The position numbers and the translations under genes were made by a program. A stretch of 64,000 nucleotides of DNA from Cetorhinus maximus (taxonomy: Eukaryota), in NCBI RefSeq assembly GCF_964194155.1, contig NC_135888.1, forward strand, positions 108,748,001-108,812,000, read 5' to 3'. Each line of letters begins with the position of its first letter. Position 1 is the first letter of the stretch. The notes under the pieces were generated by a model. That model saw only the letters and a program-made list of their open reading frames with translations, was not told where the DNA came from and did not search any database. This document shows positions 25,891 to 39,277 of the stretch, one piece after another.

Positions 25891-26590
25891 GGGTTGAATT
25901 TAATTTAGTTTAATCCTGCCCTAGGGCTGGGCTGGGATGCGGGGCAGAGACATATAATCAGGTTGGAAAGTGTGGGGTGACGTGTCCGTCGCTTTCCTGA
26001 GTCCCCCAATTAAGTCAGGGGTGGGGAAGGTCGATGTCAGCCTTCCTGCTCTTTGGCCAATTGAGGCCTATAAATGGCCAATTAAGGTCCTCATCCCTCT
26101 GTTGCTGGGATCCCACCAGTGACAGGGAAGGGGAGGGTCTATATGCCATGTGGAGAGGCTGCAGGGTTAGCAAGGCAGCCTGCCTGCTGGCTTGGGGTAG
26201 ATCCTGCTGATTGGGCATGCTGTGGCCCATGGAGCACCTGTAGTTGTATGGGCCAGCCCCGCTGAAGCTTCTTCCGACCCTCCACACTGACACCCTCGCC
26301 GGGGTCTGCCAGACTGGCCCCGATGAGCTTGCTCCACTCACCTGTGTTCTGGAGATGTCCAATGTTGCTGCTATTCTGGGCCTCCTGCAGTGCCAGCAGT
26401 GCCCACCACTCCCTGTCATGCTTCTGGGACTGAAGAACTGCCAGCCCCCTGATTGGAAGTGGGCTCTTTGCCTTCAAAGGCATGGTAACTCTAATGGCAA
26501 GCAATTAACCGCCTGATTGACATTTGATCTTGTTGGTGTTGCGTGAGGTGGCCATGGTGGCATTGCCCCCGGCTTTCTGGATGGTGGACA
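25891..26590. mobile_element. Degenerate GC-rich non-autonomous DNA element (family B)
   Basis: Begins gggttgaattt (TIR-like) and shares internal blocks with 39278-39990. Confidence 0.55.
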
Positions 26591-26800
26591 TGGCCATCGA
26601 ACCGGCCATGAAGCCCAGCTCGTTGTGTTGAACCTCACGTTGTGCGTCTGCGAACATGATGAAGCCATCCAATCCTGCCAGAGGTATAGAGGAATATCTG
26701 AGCTGAAGCATGGTTCCACCCTGTTCCAAAACGTTATTGTGAGAATGCAAGAATGCCTTTTCTTGTTGGGCATGTAGATGCCTTGAACATTATCAATGGA
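26590..26800 (-). mobile_element. Decayed RTE-clade LINE fragment
   Basis: Frameshifted pieces HLHAQQEK, HNNVLEQGGT, RIGWLHHVRR and HNELGFMAGS occur in the same order as RTE C-terminal motifs (LYARQEK, NNEVLERAG, RLRWLGHVRR, YGELATGS). Confidence 0.5.
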
Positions 26801-28049
26801 TTATTTGTTGAGATTTAGAGTTGGGCATGGTCATGTAATGGTATTCTGGGAAAAGTAGTGGTGATTTTGATAATCAGGGTAGAATGCCTGAGGGAAGGAA
26901 GAAACATGGTCTGTAATAAAGTAGAGCATGGTCTGTAACAATTATTTGTTTTTCTTTATCACATATTGTCATCATAACTAATGGTGTTTTACTACGTAAA
27001 TTCTTCTCTGCATCAGAGAGCAAGTTATGGTAAAATTAAGAATATTCACACAGCTTTTCAGAAATCTGCAGAACACTGAATAATTCCTGAATGGATTATT
27101 TTTTCTTATTTCGCTTTTGTTAATGACTCAGAGAGAGGGGAACAGTTTCTTTCAAGGCCTTATCCTGTACTTTGACCATTAAATGAAAATTACACTCATA
27201 GGCTTAGATTACACTGAGAAACCTGGCCCCAAAATTGCATGTAATCCAGTTGCTTTGGACTGACACAGTGTTGTATGTGCCAATTACAGCAAGACAAGTT
27301 ATTGATGCCTAACTCATGCTGTAACATTAGCATATCCTGCCACATAACATGTTTAGTATGTATGTGGCAGGTTCTCAGTGATTGCATACCAGTTCAATCC
27401 ATTTCATTCAATCCCTTTTAATAAATTTAAGCTCCTTAAATTTTAAGCAACAAATGCTGCAGCTGGCCTTCTGAACGGACTATTTGTGAACGTTAAATGC
27501 CTTATGAGACCTTTATCTGCATTTTTCTCAGTACATCTGGCATTATTTGAATGGTTTAGCATCAGTAAATGTAGGGAAATGGCGCGGTGAGGTAATTTAC
27601 CTCAAAAATCAAACAAAAAACAGACAGTTTTAATCCAGCCTGCCACATTTAAATTGCGACATACTCAAGGTGGTTCAATGCACCCCACTATTTCCTCTGC
27701 TTCTACCTCCATATAGCCCCCAGGAAACAATGACACTAGTAAAATAGTATTGTGAAAGCCAGTACAATATCTGAGAGATGGTACATGGAAATCAAAGAAG
27801 TAACAACATGGGAATAGGCCATTCAAACTAACTAGCTCATGGTACTATTTACTCTCCACACGAGAAAATAATCTTAATCACACTTGCCTTGTCCCTACAT
27901 CTCAGCATTGGTGGAGGTCATAGTTTCTGGAATATCTTCTTGCCTGCAGGTGTGTCTGAGAAGATGTATTTTGTTTTCAGAATGGCTTTAAGTCCAAGTG
28001 AGTACAGTAAAATATCAAGGAATTTTCAGGGAAGTAACGGATTTATCTA

Positions 28050-28500
28050 TGGAAGTCCTTTTATTCCTGTGATATGAAGAAGAGCCTAGGATGGGTGCTA
28101 GAAGAGCGAGGCATCACAGAAGATATTTACCTCTGGCTGGTGGATACCTACTCAATGTGATTTACTAGTCTGGGAGCTCGAACCTTGACTGCACACTGAT
28201 AATGTATCAGAAGGCTGTGCTTCTGCTATTAGGGAGTCATGCCAGCTGCCAACTGAAGAGTTGCAATCCATGTTGAAAAGTAGCACATCATTATCAATGA
28301 ATGTGATTACAGTCCTGAACCTTTATGGCTCCACGTTCTTCCAGGGTACCCCAGATGACCTTATTCATATCAGTCCATCGCTGGATTCAGAAGAAGGGAG
28401 CTCCTTACTTAATCTCATTCTCAATGGACCCTGTAAAACAAGGGGGAAAGTAACCAACCTTTTATAGACAGGACGGATTCTCCCTGATACAGGGTGTTTT
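28050..28500 (+). pseudogene. Decayed Harbinger transposase fragment
   Basis: VITVLNLYGSTFFQGTPDDLIHISPS resembles VTVALHFYASSAFQGSVGDLCGVSQ in the element at 43275-43622. Confidence 0.5.
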
Positions 28501-28593
28501 TGGTCTTTATTATGGAATGCAAGGCCTCATCTGGGAATCCCTTCAACTCTATCACCTGGAAGAGGTTCTATTCAATTATTTTGCAAATATTAT

Positions 28594-29285
28594 GGGCCGG
28601 ATTTAGCCCATGCTGGGCGGGTGGGAGCGGTCGGGAAGTCGACCGCCACCCGTGATCGAGGCCGGAAGGCGATCTCACCCTGGTGGGCCAATTAAGGCCT
28701 GCCCATCATGAAATGCGAGCAGCAGAGCTCAGCGCTGCCCGTGCGTGCGGGGGAAGGAGGGTGAGGGGCGAACACAAACATTGCGCATTCGCGCAAGTGC
28801 GCGCTTCACAATCTCGCTGAGGCACAGAGCTGCCTCAGGGAAATGAGGAGTTTTTTTAAAAAGAAAATGAAGAATTGAAAAATGTAATAAAACATGTCCC
28901 GACATGTGACCCTGTCACATGAGCAGGGACACGTTATTAATTCAATTTTAAAACTTTTATTTTATTTTTATTTGCTTTTGAAAACCTCTTCCCGCCCGTG
29001 GATGAGGTTTACAAAAAAATGTATAAGGCCGCCTGGCCTTTTCACCTGCCCGCCAACCATAAGGTTGGACAGGCAGTGAAAAATGTAACTTAATTGATTC
29101 TTTAATGGCCTTAACAGGCCTTTTAATTGTCGGCGGGCACGCTGCCAACCCTGGCGTGCGCCTGCCGACCGAGCTATCCTGCAATTGTGCGTTGATGTCG
29201 GGACGCTCGCCCGACGTCAACGCACGTCATTTCACACTTGAGCGGGTCGGGCACATGCCCGCCCGCCAAGCTAAAAACTTAGCCC
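28594..29285 (-). mobile_element. Harbinger-derived MITE, copy 3
   Basis: Degenerate TIRs GGGCCGGATTT / AAAACTTAGCCC, palindromic core catgtgaccctgtcacatg, colinear with copies 1 and 2. Confidence 0.8.
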
Positions 29286-31104
29286 TTATTGTGTCCAGTC
29301 ACTTCATTTTGCATATTATGAAGCTGCTCTGACTTATTTATATTTTGTTAATCAATCATTCCTGCATTGATGAGCCAAAACATTGCATCAAGGCAGTTGA
29401 CTGGAGACAAACGATGCTGCCTGAAGCTTTGACTTACAAACCTTCTAAACCATTCTCACTGAACAAGGGGTGATAGATATAATTAGGAATTAAAACAATT
29501 TGAATTGTTATTCAGTAGACAGTCGGAAAACGAAAGTCCCATTTCACCTGCTTTCTCGGATCTGATGAGGCCCGACAGTACAGACTCTCAAGGGTATCAA
29601 GATGAATTGTGGCCAGCTGCATGTTGCCCCACTGTACCATTAAAAAAGGCTTAGTACTAGCAGCAGAATGGAGGAATGCTGCAAAGGAAATATATTTCGT
29701 CAGGTAGAATTTTGCATGTGATTTTGAAGATGCGATTGAGCAATAAAAGACCTGATAATAAAGATGAATGCCTGGAGATTGTAGTAGCTGCCTTTACTGT
29801 AGGTAATCTCTGCTTTGACCAACTGACTCTGGACAATTTGTCTCGTTTTTAATCTCCCGCTGCATTGTCTGTGTATCTCTTGAAGAGCTGAAGCACTTTC
29901 TCCTCGTATGCACTTGAAGATCTGATAGTTCCCATTCCCACCTTTATGTCAGCTGGTGATTATCAGAAAACATTTTCTTTGCAAGGAGAAAACAATTGAA
30001 AAAGGTACAACATTTAACAGCACAGTGAGAATGATTTCAGGTGTAGGCTAGCAGCAATTACTTCTCTTCTGAGTATGGCATGACCACACTTTGTCAGCGA
30101 TATAGGAATGCTGGGCAAGAACTGTGTGCATTTGGGGAGAGGTGTATGAAGTTTCCTGAGAATATTTACCATCACAGATTTTTTTGGGACCTGATCGATG
30201 TGGAGATGAGTCATACTTTCAGTATTCTTTCAGGCTGCACAAGAGTACTTGTATCTTCATTTACCTTGGCCAGACTTGTGAGATCAGTAAACTGTTTCCT
30301 GCACTGTGTGGCCATGTGTGCGGGAATAGAAGTGGCACTGACTGGCTGAGCTACCTGCACAACCATCTGCAAATTTTAAAGAGATAATGATAAAACTCAT
30401 ATTTTTAAAAAATGAATCACTGCAATGGTGTTAGCAACACCAGCAACAACACTGCAGCTTCCATGTTTCCAAAGAAAGTTCTCCTGTTTTTTCAGACTTT
30501 AGGGTTTTTGCAAACTTCTAATAAGGCAGTAAAAGTCCAGGATCACCTTTGAAATGTATCATCCAGATATAAGGTAACTTCTTCATTTTTATTTTGAGAG
30601 TCAACCACTATGACTATTTTCTGGATCAATCATAGGAAGGACGTGTATTCCTCTGGCTGCAGTCACTTGGTGCTGCATTGTGCTTGATAAAGAACTCAGG
30701 GGAGTAAATGAAGCAGTTAGCTGCATGAGCACCTGAAATCAGCTTTGCCTAAATGAGTAATTGGAATGTTTTTGGATTGGCCAGGTTTCAGGAGAAAATA
30801 TAATACTTAAGTTATTTTTTTTCTTACATTTGTCCATCCATTGGGCTGAAGGTGAGATGAAATGTGATAGATATAAACATATAATTTTATTGAGAAAATA
30901 TACCTATTAAAATGAATGCCATTCATGTTGTGCTAGTGTAAAGTGGATGTTTACCTCATGTCCCATCAACCAAAGATCGAATCAGGTTAGTTTTTGACCA
31001 AGAGATAAAAACAAAAAACTACTGCGGATGCTGGAAATCCAAAACAAAAACAGAATTACCTGGAAAAACTCAGCAGGTCTGGCAGCATCGGCGGAGAAGA
31101 AAAG

Positions 31105-31143
31105 AGTTGACGTTTCGAGTCCTCATGACCCTTCAGCAGAGCT
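31105..31143 (-). ncRNA. Minimal hammerhead-ribozyme-like motif in the pseudo-LTR (variant core)
   Basis: Minus strand reads agct-CTGCTGA-a-GGGTC-atgag-GACTC-GAAA-CGTC-aact. A second copy lies at 32105-32143 (+). The core differs from canonical CUGANGA. Confidence 0.5.
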
Positions 31144-31521
31144 GAGTATAGTTAGGAGAGGGGTGAAATATAAGCTGGTTTAAGGTGTTGGGGGGGGGGT
31201 GGGGGGGGAGAGAAGTTGAGGGGGGGGTGCTTGTAGGGACAAGCAAGCAGTGATAGGAGCAGATAATCAAAAGATGTCACAGACAAAAGGATCAAAGAGG
31301 TGTTGAAGGTGGTGATATTATCTAAGAAAATGTGCTAATTAAGAATGGATGGCAGGACACTCAAGGTACAGCTCTAGTGGGGGTGGGGTGGAAAGACTGA
31401 CAAGGTATTAGTTGTAGATTTAAAAATAATGGAAATAGGTGGGAAAAGAAAAATCTATATAAATTATTGAAAAAAACAAAAGGGAGGGGGAAGAAACGGG
31501 GTGGGGATGGGGGGAGGGAGT

Positions 31522-31860
31522 TTAAGATCTAAAGTTGTTGAATTCAATATTCAGCCCGGAAGGCTGTAAAGTGCCTAGTCGGAAGATGAGGTGCTGTTCC
31601 TCCAGTTTGCGTTGGCCTTCACTGGAACAATGCAGCAAGCCAAGGACAGACATGTGGGCAAGAGAGCAGGGTGGAGTGTTAAAATGGCAAGCGACAGGGA
31701 GGTTTGGGTCTTTCTTGCGGACAGACCGCAGGTGTTCTGCAAAGCGGTCGTCCAGTTTGCGTTTGGTCTCTCCAATGTAGAGGAGACCGCATTGGGAGCA
31801 ACGAATGCAGTAGACTAAGTTAGGAGAAATGCAAGTGAAATGCTGCTTCACTTGAAAGCA
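31522..31860 (-). pseudogene. GIY-YIG endonuclease domain of the Penelope-like element (RT absent)
   Basis: FTCISPNLVYCIRCSQCGLLYIGETKRKLDDRFAEHL...VACHF...EQHLIFRLGTLQPSGLN. Confidence 0.9.
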
Positions 31861-34800
31861 TGTGCTTTCACTAGAGCTGTACCTTGAGTGTCCTGCCATC
31901 CATTCTTAATTAGCACATTTTCTTAGATAATATCACCACCTTCAACACCTCTTTGTTCCTTTTGTCTGTGACATCTTTTGATTATCTGCTGCCATCACTG
32001 CTTGCTTGTCCCTACAACCACCGCCCCCCCCAACTTCTCTCCCCCCAACCACCCCCCCCCCACCTTAAACCGGCTTATATTTCACCCCTCTCCTAACTAT
32101 ACTCAGTTTTGCTGAAGGGTCATGAGGACTCGAAACGTCAACTCTTTTCTTCTCCGCCGATGCTGCCAGACCTGCTGAGTTTTTCCAGGTAATTCTGTTT
32201 TTGTTTTAGTTTTTGACCAAGGCTTTCAACAAATGTTGCCTTGTAACAAAACCATCAGAATATCAATGCATTTATGAAACTTTCTCTTTTTAAAGTCAGC
32301 TTTAAGATCTTTCAAAGCTTTAATATTGTTGCAGTTTAGTAGTGTCCAATATTCTATTTCTATTTTGACATCACATTAGCGCGCTACATACACAGGTATC
32401 TTGTATCCTGGACATGGGAACTGGCTGAGGAAGTTTGAACAAGAAGAAAATACACTTTGTGATTAGTGGCTGTGGGCATTTGAAACAAATTGATTAAGAA
32501 GTGGAAAATAGAACTAAAAATAAAATATAAAAGTTGGTGGCCAGTAGTATTCAGATAATACTCCTGACAAGTTATGATGGGTCAGTTAAATACCAGCGGT
32601 TGAGATGGTATATTTTGCTTAACAAAATGAGCATTGCCTCAACATTGTTCAAGGGCAAAAAAAAAAGCACAAGTTCAATTGGTAGCAGTGTGAACAGTAG
32701 TGAGAGCACAACTGAACTTAAGTGACATTTATGGAGAAAAGATTCCCATTAAAGCACTGCACACAACTGCAGCCACTGCAGCTTTAACTAGGTTACTCAA
32801 GGTCACATTAAGTCGTTAAAAAGTTGACAGTTTGCTTATATTTAGAACAGAAAGAGAGAAAAAAAGGAAATGAGAGTCAGGGAAAAATAGAAAGGATGAA
32901 GACAGAAATGGATGTGAGCCATGCAGGGGAGATTGAGTCAAAGATAAACAGAAGGATGATGGTTAGGAGCCAGAAAGAATTAAAGTGGGAGATGTGCAGA
33001 AGATCTTAAAGGAAGGAAACATTTTTTAAAAAAGAAAGACTTTTAGCCATGAGCAATACCACAGGAGGTCCTGGTGCTTTCTAAAAGGAAAGAGTGCAGC
33101 AGGAGTGAATAACATGGCAGAATGTACACTTTGCTTTCAATGTTGAACATTTCCTCGCCACTGTCAGTATTAAGCTCTCCCAGGTCAAATTAGATACCGG
33201 ATAAATGCAAGCTGTATTGGTCTTTGTGAATAAGAAGACAAATTTAGTGTCATTCTGTGAGCAGTTAAGTGCTCTGTTGCTATTCTCATCAGGAACTAGA
33301 TTGAAAGCTGGTAAACTCATTCCAAAAAGCATTTGTTAAACTGCAGCAAAAAGGTATTTCAGGGATATGGGCTGATTTTAAACTAAAGCTCTGGAGTGAA
33401 AAGATATTATGCTAACCTAAGACACCACCTAGGACTTTCTATTAGTACTTTTGATGCATTACGAGAGGAAGAAGAATTGCTTTTTAAATGTACAATTCTG
33501 GATTATTTCTTCACAGAAATGATGAATGCTTTGAGAAAGGAAAGACTGGAAAAAAAATTGAAAGGCATCAAAACCTTGATCACAAAAGCAAAAGAAAAAG
33601 CTTTTTTTAAAAATAGCTTTGTGCACCAACAATGCTCTTGAAAGTTGCAGGGCTTTATAATGTTAAATTATTATTTGTTTTTTCCAAATATAATTTGAAT
33701 TGTTTGCTCTATGAAATCGCAGCATCAATAGGCAAACCCTGAAATTGGTCCTTCGCCATAAAAATGCATAACAATTCTTATGATGGGCGATATCAATACC
33801 ATTTTTTGTTGGGGAACTAGGAGACATACAAGGGTAAGAGTCCCATTTTCTTCAACATCTTTTATAGACTACTACTATCTACTACTATCCCATTTTCTTC
33901 AACATCTACTGTTCATACTCTTCAGCCACTGAAGAGTATGAACAGTAGATAACCTGCTCTCAAGCTTCTGCCAATACCTTTATGGATCTGGTTGCCCCAG
34001 GGTGGGATGGTTAGGGGTGGTTGGGGGTGGGGTGGGGAGGCGCAAGGTAATGGAGGATGGTATCTCTCCTATGTTTCCCCTGGCACTCATTCGTCAACCC
34101 CTCCATACAACAGCCTAGTGAAGGCATAAGAGCCTCTTCAAAATAGGTTAGCATTGTTGGCTTTTGTGTAAAAGAGTCAGGGCAGGTGGGTGAGTGGCTT
34201 TAAATAGATATTAGACCAAATGTTATCTCTTAGATATTAGATTGAATAATGATCAGGGAAATATATGCAGAAATATAAACATTTTTAAAAAATAAATAAA
34301 ACAGCAGTAATTTAAAACGACAGAGTTGTGTGAAAACTCAAAGTTTTGAGGGAAATGGAGATATCTCTGCTGTTATTACATGTTTTTGCAAATACTTTGT
34401 TATGGAGGGAAATATTATTTGTATCTGTTGTTGCATGTTTCAAACTTTCCTCCACCAAAAACTAAGTCAAGTGCACAATTAAATTCAATGGAAGGAGGGA
34501 GGTAAACTAGTTGTATATTATAAATGGAGTGACTCAGTGTCATTAATAAATCATTTTCAATTTCATATATTATTTCATACCGCAGTGTATTGTACAGTAG
34601 AGGTGACCACAAGGTTTTCACAAACTTTTTGCTACTGTTGTGCTCCTTACACTATGAGAAGGGGGAGATTGTGAAGGTGACGTCCATCCATCTTCTGCGC
34701 ATAGCTAAATTTTCTTGAATTTATTCTGAAATAAATTTGAGATGTGACAATTCTGACTTCTCAAAGATCCATGGTTCATTGAGTTTCATCGCTATTCAAA

Positions 34801-36684
34801 TCTGGTCCAGACTTCAGAGCGAAGTTATTTTCTTCCTGTCAGCTGTGTGCAATTTTAATCCAGTCCCTTGCTGACAATTCCCCATAGCACATAAGTGCTT
34901 TGAATTGGGCACTGGTTGTCAAGACACCAGCGTTTTTATTTCAACCTCAGGTACATTAAGATATGAGAGATAGGGGTAGAAATTGGCTTTGTTGCATCAG
35001 TTTTATGGTTGGTTTATTTTAGGGATCAACATTTGGCACCGTCAGATGCCTGATCAAAGTCGAGTCGGACTTTTTTTCAAGCATCCTTGGGTAGCTGCTT
35101 AAAACAGGAGTTAGGCCCCTTCCTTGTGTCCTTGGACCATGTTAGGATCCCTTTTCCCAGCTTCACCCATAGCCAAAGAACTGGCCTCCGCCAAAAAGGT
35201 GAGTTTTATTTAAAGAGTGATGTGCGACCAGTAGGAGCAGGAGTGTTCCAACTGGGTCATCAGAGGTCCTGTCAATCATAATCACCTCATCCTCCGCTGT
35301 GTTCCCAAATGCCACACCACCCCCCACCGGCCCTCTTATACTGCACTTACCTGAGGATCACTGTAGTGAGACAGATTTAACAAAATTTGTTCTTGCACAA
35401 AGGTGAGTTGTCAGTGGAGGGGTAATGGACTTGCAGTTTGCCCAGGTTAGTTAGATCAAGCACGAGCCTGGGTGTAAATTGCAGTCACATCACCAATAGG
35501 AAAATAGGAATGCTAATTAAATGCTAACTAAAGGTTTTTGATGACATTCTGCTTCTACTCTTACCCAACCTACTATGCCACACATTACCTGTCAGCAATC
35601 TATATTGTGAAACCCTCCTATCAATCTTATTAATGGTGAAACAAACTCTGCTGTTCAGCAACCATACTAAATACGTACCTGAAGAAGAAAAACACAGGCT
35701 TTAGTACATCAGACCTGCAACGCTTCATCACATTAGCCATTGCTCACTTACTCACTTGCAAGCATCAGGCCAGAGACATTTGTTACAGGAGAATTAGAGA
35801 ATATATTCTAGATGTGTACTGGTAACCAGGAGCAGCTGCCCTGTTCTGGTGCCTTAGTTTTCTCAGGGAAGCAAATTACATAAATAGATCTAGAGAACTA
35901 GGCAGCATCTGTTGCATGCGTTATACATCTGTACACAACTGTTTGACCAATGTTACAGATGCCTAATGGAAGTCTGGAATGATCCTGTAAGATAAAAATT
36001 AAGGGTGGTGGTGACCTCCTCAACCATCACAAGCTGGTGCCTGTGGCTGAAGGTTTGTTTGCAGCAAGTTGTATAACTCTGTAATGGCTTCCTTTAGGAA
36101 GTGCATCCACAGGCACTACAGCTCAATAAACTACAAATGTGAAAACACATCCCTATATGGTAAAGTGAAGTGGTACCTTGCATGTGGGACTTCCTGCCTT
36201 CACTGCTGCCTCTTCAACCTGATCCCTCTCTGTTGCTCTTTCCCAAAAGTTAGAAGGGAATTCTCAATTGAAGAACCATCGTGTTCTGACTGAAGCGGGA
36301 GTTAGTGAAAGGGAGCAATGTCGGCTCTTCAAAAAAAGACACAAAGGCAAATGTGAAACTACTCAGTAACAGGAAAAGAACACCAAAAATGACTGAGAAA
36401 TTAGCTTTTAACCGCACCTGTAAACGTTCAATCTCAACTTTAAGTTCTCTCCTGCCATTTTCTTTGGTGACTAGCAACCCTGGCAATCACTTTCTTCATA
36501 CTAATGTGTTTATCACCTCTTTTGTTCACTTACCTCAGTTAATACCTGCTTACTTCCCTCCTCTATCAAAATCTTTCTCAAATTCTACTCCATTTCCTAC
36601 CACAACAACTTTCTTACCAACTTTTTAATCCTGCTATCAAAACTGCGCCTTAAATTGTCATTTCCCTTGTCTCACTAATACGAA

Positions 36685-37413
36685 TTGTGGTACAGAGGGA
36701 TTTGGGTGTTCTTGTCCCTGAATCGCAAAACATTAGAATGTAGGTACAGCAAGTAATTAGGAAGGCAAATGGAACATTAGCCTTTATTGCAAGGGGGTTT
36801 TGAGTAGAAAAGAGAGAAGTCTTACTGCAACTATGCTGGGCATTGGTGAGATCACACCTAGAGTACCGCATACAGTTTTGGTTTCCTTAAGGATGGATTT
36901 ACATGCATTGGAGGCAGTTCAGAGAATGTTCTCTAGGTTGATTCCTGGGGTGAAGGTGTTGTCTTATGAGGAAAGTCTGAGCAGGTTGGGCCTATACTCA
37001 TTGGAGTTTAAAAGAATGAGAGGTGAACTTATTGAAACGTTTAAGATTCTGATGGGGGTTGATAGGGTCAATGCTGAGAGAATGTTCCTCCTCATGGGTG
37101 AGTCTAGAACGAGGGGGCACAGTTTCAGAAAAAGGTGTCTTCCATTTAAGACTGAGAAGAGGACAAATTTCTTCTCTTCGAGGGTTGTTAATCTTCAGAA
37201 TTCTCTACCCTATAGAGCAATGGTGGCTGGATGATTGAATATATTCAAGGCTGAATTAGACAGATTTTTTTATTTACAAGGGAGTCAAGGGTTATGGGAG
37301 TGCTGGCAGGAAAGTGGAGTTGAGGCCATGATCAGATCAACCATATTGAATAGCAGAGCAGGCTCGAGGGGCTGAATAACCTATTCCTGCTCCTATTTGT
37401 TATGTTCTTATGT
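36685..37413 (+). mobile_element. CR1 LINE 3' fragment
   Basis: LEAVQRMFSRLIPGVKVLSYEESLSRLGLYSLEFKRMRGELIETFKIL...SRTRGHS and tail ctcctatttgttatgttcttatg. Confidence 0.9.
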
Positions 37414-39277
37414 TTTTAAAGTCTTCCTCACACCTCAATTTACCTTCTCTGCAAAGATATTGGTTCCAATTCCTGTTAAGTGAAGCTTTATGTTGTCATA
37501 TTTCATTCTGGTATCATCATGAAAAGTATTGGTGGTTACTAGAGTAGAACATCATGAAATCACATAAGGGAGGATTCTTTACAAGGTCACCTTGACCTAA
37601 GAGCTCAACACAACATTTGATGGATTTAAGTGTACATAAAATGTCCACCTTGATTATAGGTCAGTTCAATAGCATTTAACACACTGACTGTGGCATGAAT
37701 ATGGCTACGCAGGTTTTCACACAGTGACAATACCGATTTCATGTATGTGTGCATTGTGTGGCATACTGTGCTTTCACTGTTTCAAATATAATAGAATTTG
37801 GTAAAGGTTTTCTTCATTAAAGTGCCACAATGAAGGCGATATTTGCTAAGCAAAACAATACTTAAATGCTGAATATTTAACATGGAAATGCCCCAGTATG
37901 CTTTATAGAATTATTTTCTTTTTGTCAGTGCTGTTGTTTATGTAAGTAAACTGCCAACATAAAGTTCTGAAAGAGATGTGGAGGTCATTCAGAATTCTCT
38001 AGCCCACTTCATAACCACTCCTTGTGGAAGAAACTGCACATTCTTTGTGGCTGTACTTCATGTGAGATGGAGGTCAAAACAGACTGCACTGGAGGGAATT
38101 CATTCGTCTTCACCTGAAAAATGGCCAGAGGAATATTAAAATGCAGAAGTTGCTAATTTTGACTGCTCTCAAGCATAGATGCCAATTTTCTGACAGAAGT
38201 CCAAAGGTCATATCCACTACCTCCAACTGACTGACTTTCTTTATTTCCCTTTCTTTCAAAAGACCTTCTTAATTTTAAGGATTAGGATACTTTGTCTTAA
38301 AAAACACAGTAAACTGAAAAATATTGCTGTCCAGTTCACTTAAGCAGTCACATTGTTATACTTAATGTTTAGGCTTGGTGAAGGTTGTAATAATTCTTCA
38401 AAGGGTTTGTTGGTAGATTGGAGAATGTGGTATAAAATCACACACCCAAGAAAGATCTGTCTCTGGTTTATATTACTGGCTGTAATCTTTACCAGAGCAA
38501 TAGTGGTCTTACCATCTTACTCCCATGAAGAAAACACATTTTCTTTTTAAGTTTGTAGTATTTATTTCTGTAAATCTTGCTTATGGTATTAGTCTATTCC
38601 TCATTATGACTGACAAAGAAAAATTGCTTGTGATCTTGAGGGTATAATTAACTGGTCTTAGAATTGCAGTGAAATGTTACATACTCTGTACAGTACATGA
38701 CTAATGCTCATGGTCTTTGATAATCCAATTCATCTGATTTGTGGGATGTTTGGATGTCTTAATTGAATACTTTCAGATTCAGCAGGAGTAAGTTTCAAGA
38801 ATCACTAACATGTGCATGTGTTCTGATATCGGAGACCATAAACCTTTGAAGAACATCTTACATATAGTACATGGTGTGGTAGATTTAAAAATAGCATGCT
38901 AATTGAAAATATGAATGTAATTAAACAAGCATGGAATTTAAAAAAAAATCTGCTTGCATTCATGTGCATAATGTCAGGAATTAGCGTAAATATTCTTATC
39001 AAGTTCCTTTTTCCTCTATTTTACTATATACATAAGCCCACTTAAAATGAACAGGCTAACATGCAGAATTCAAATAACAACCTTGCTCACAGTAATTTTG
39101 GGCCCTTATTTACATGCTTTCCTGTTGTCCTTCATGATCTGTTTCATCGAGGAGCTGATGTAAGCAGAAGAAACAATTTGAGGGGAACGCTGATTAGATT
39201 AGGAGGGTGACCGGAATGAGAATTGTTTAAATGAGGATAACTGCATCTACACTGGCCCTGTGATGATCTTGACCCAA

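Larger units (their letters stand above)
31003..32205 (-). mobile_element. Penelope-like retroelement, 5'-truncated, with inverted pseudo-LTRs
   Basis: GIY-YIG ORF. About 31040-31378 is the reverse complement of about 31868-32207. TSD ttagtttttgaccaag at 30987-31002 and 32206-32221. Confidence 0.9.

Noticed and set aside
26505-26790. CpG-rich ORF that looked like a viral or HMG-box insert
   Set aside because: Better explained as a frameshifted RTE LINE fragment, since the motifs occur in RTE order across frames.
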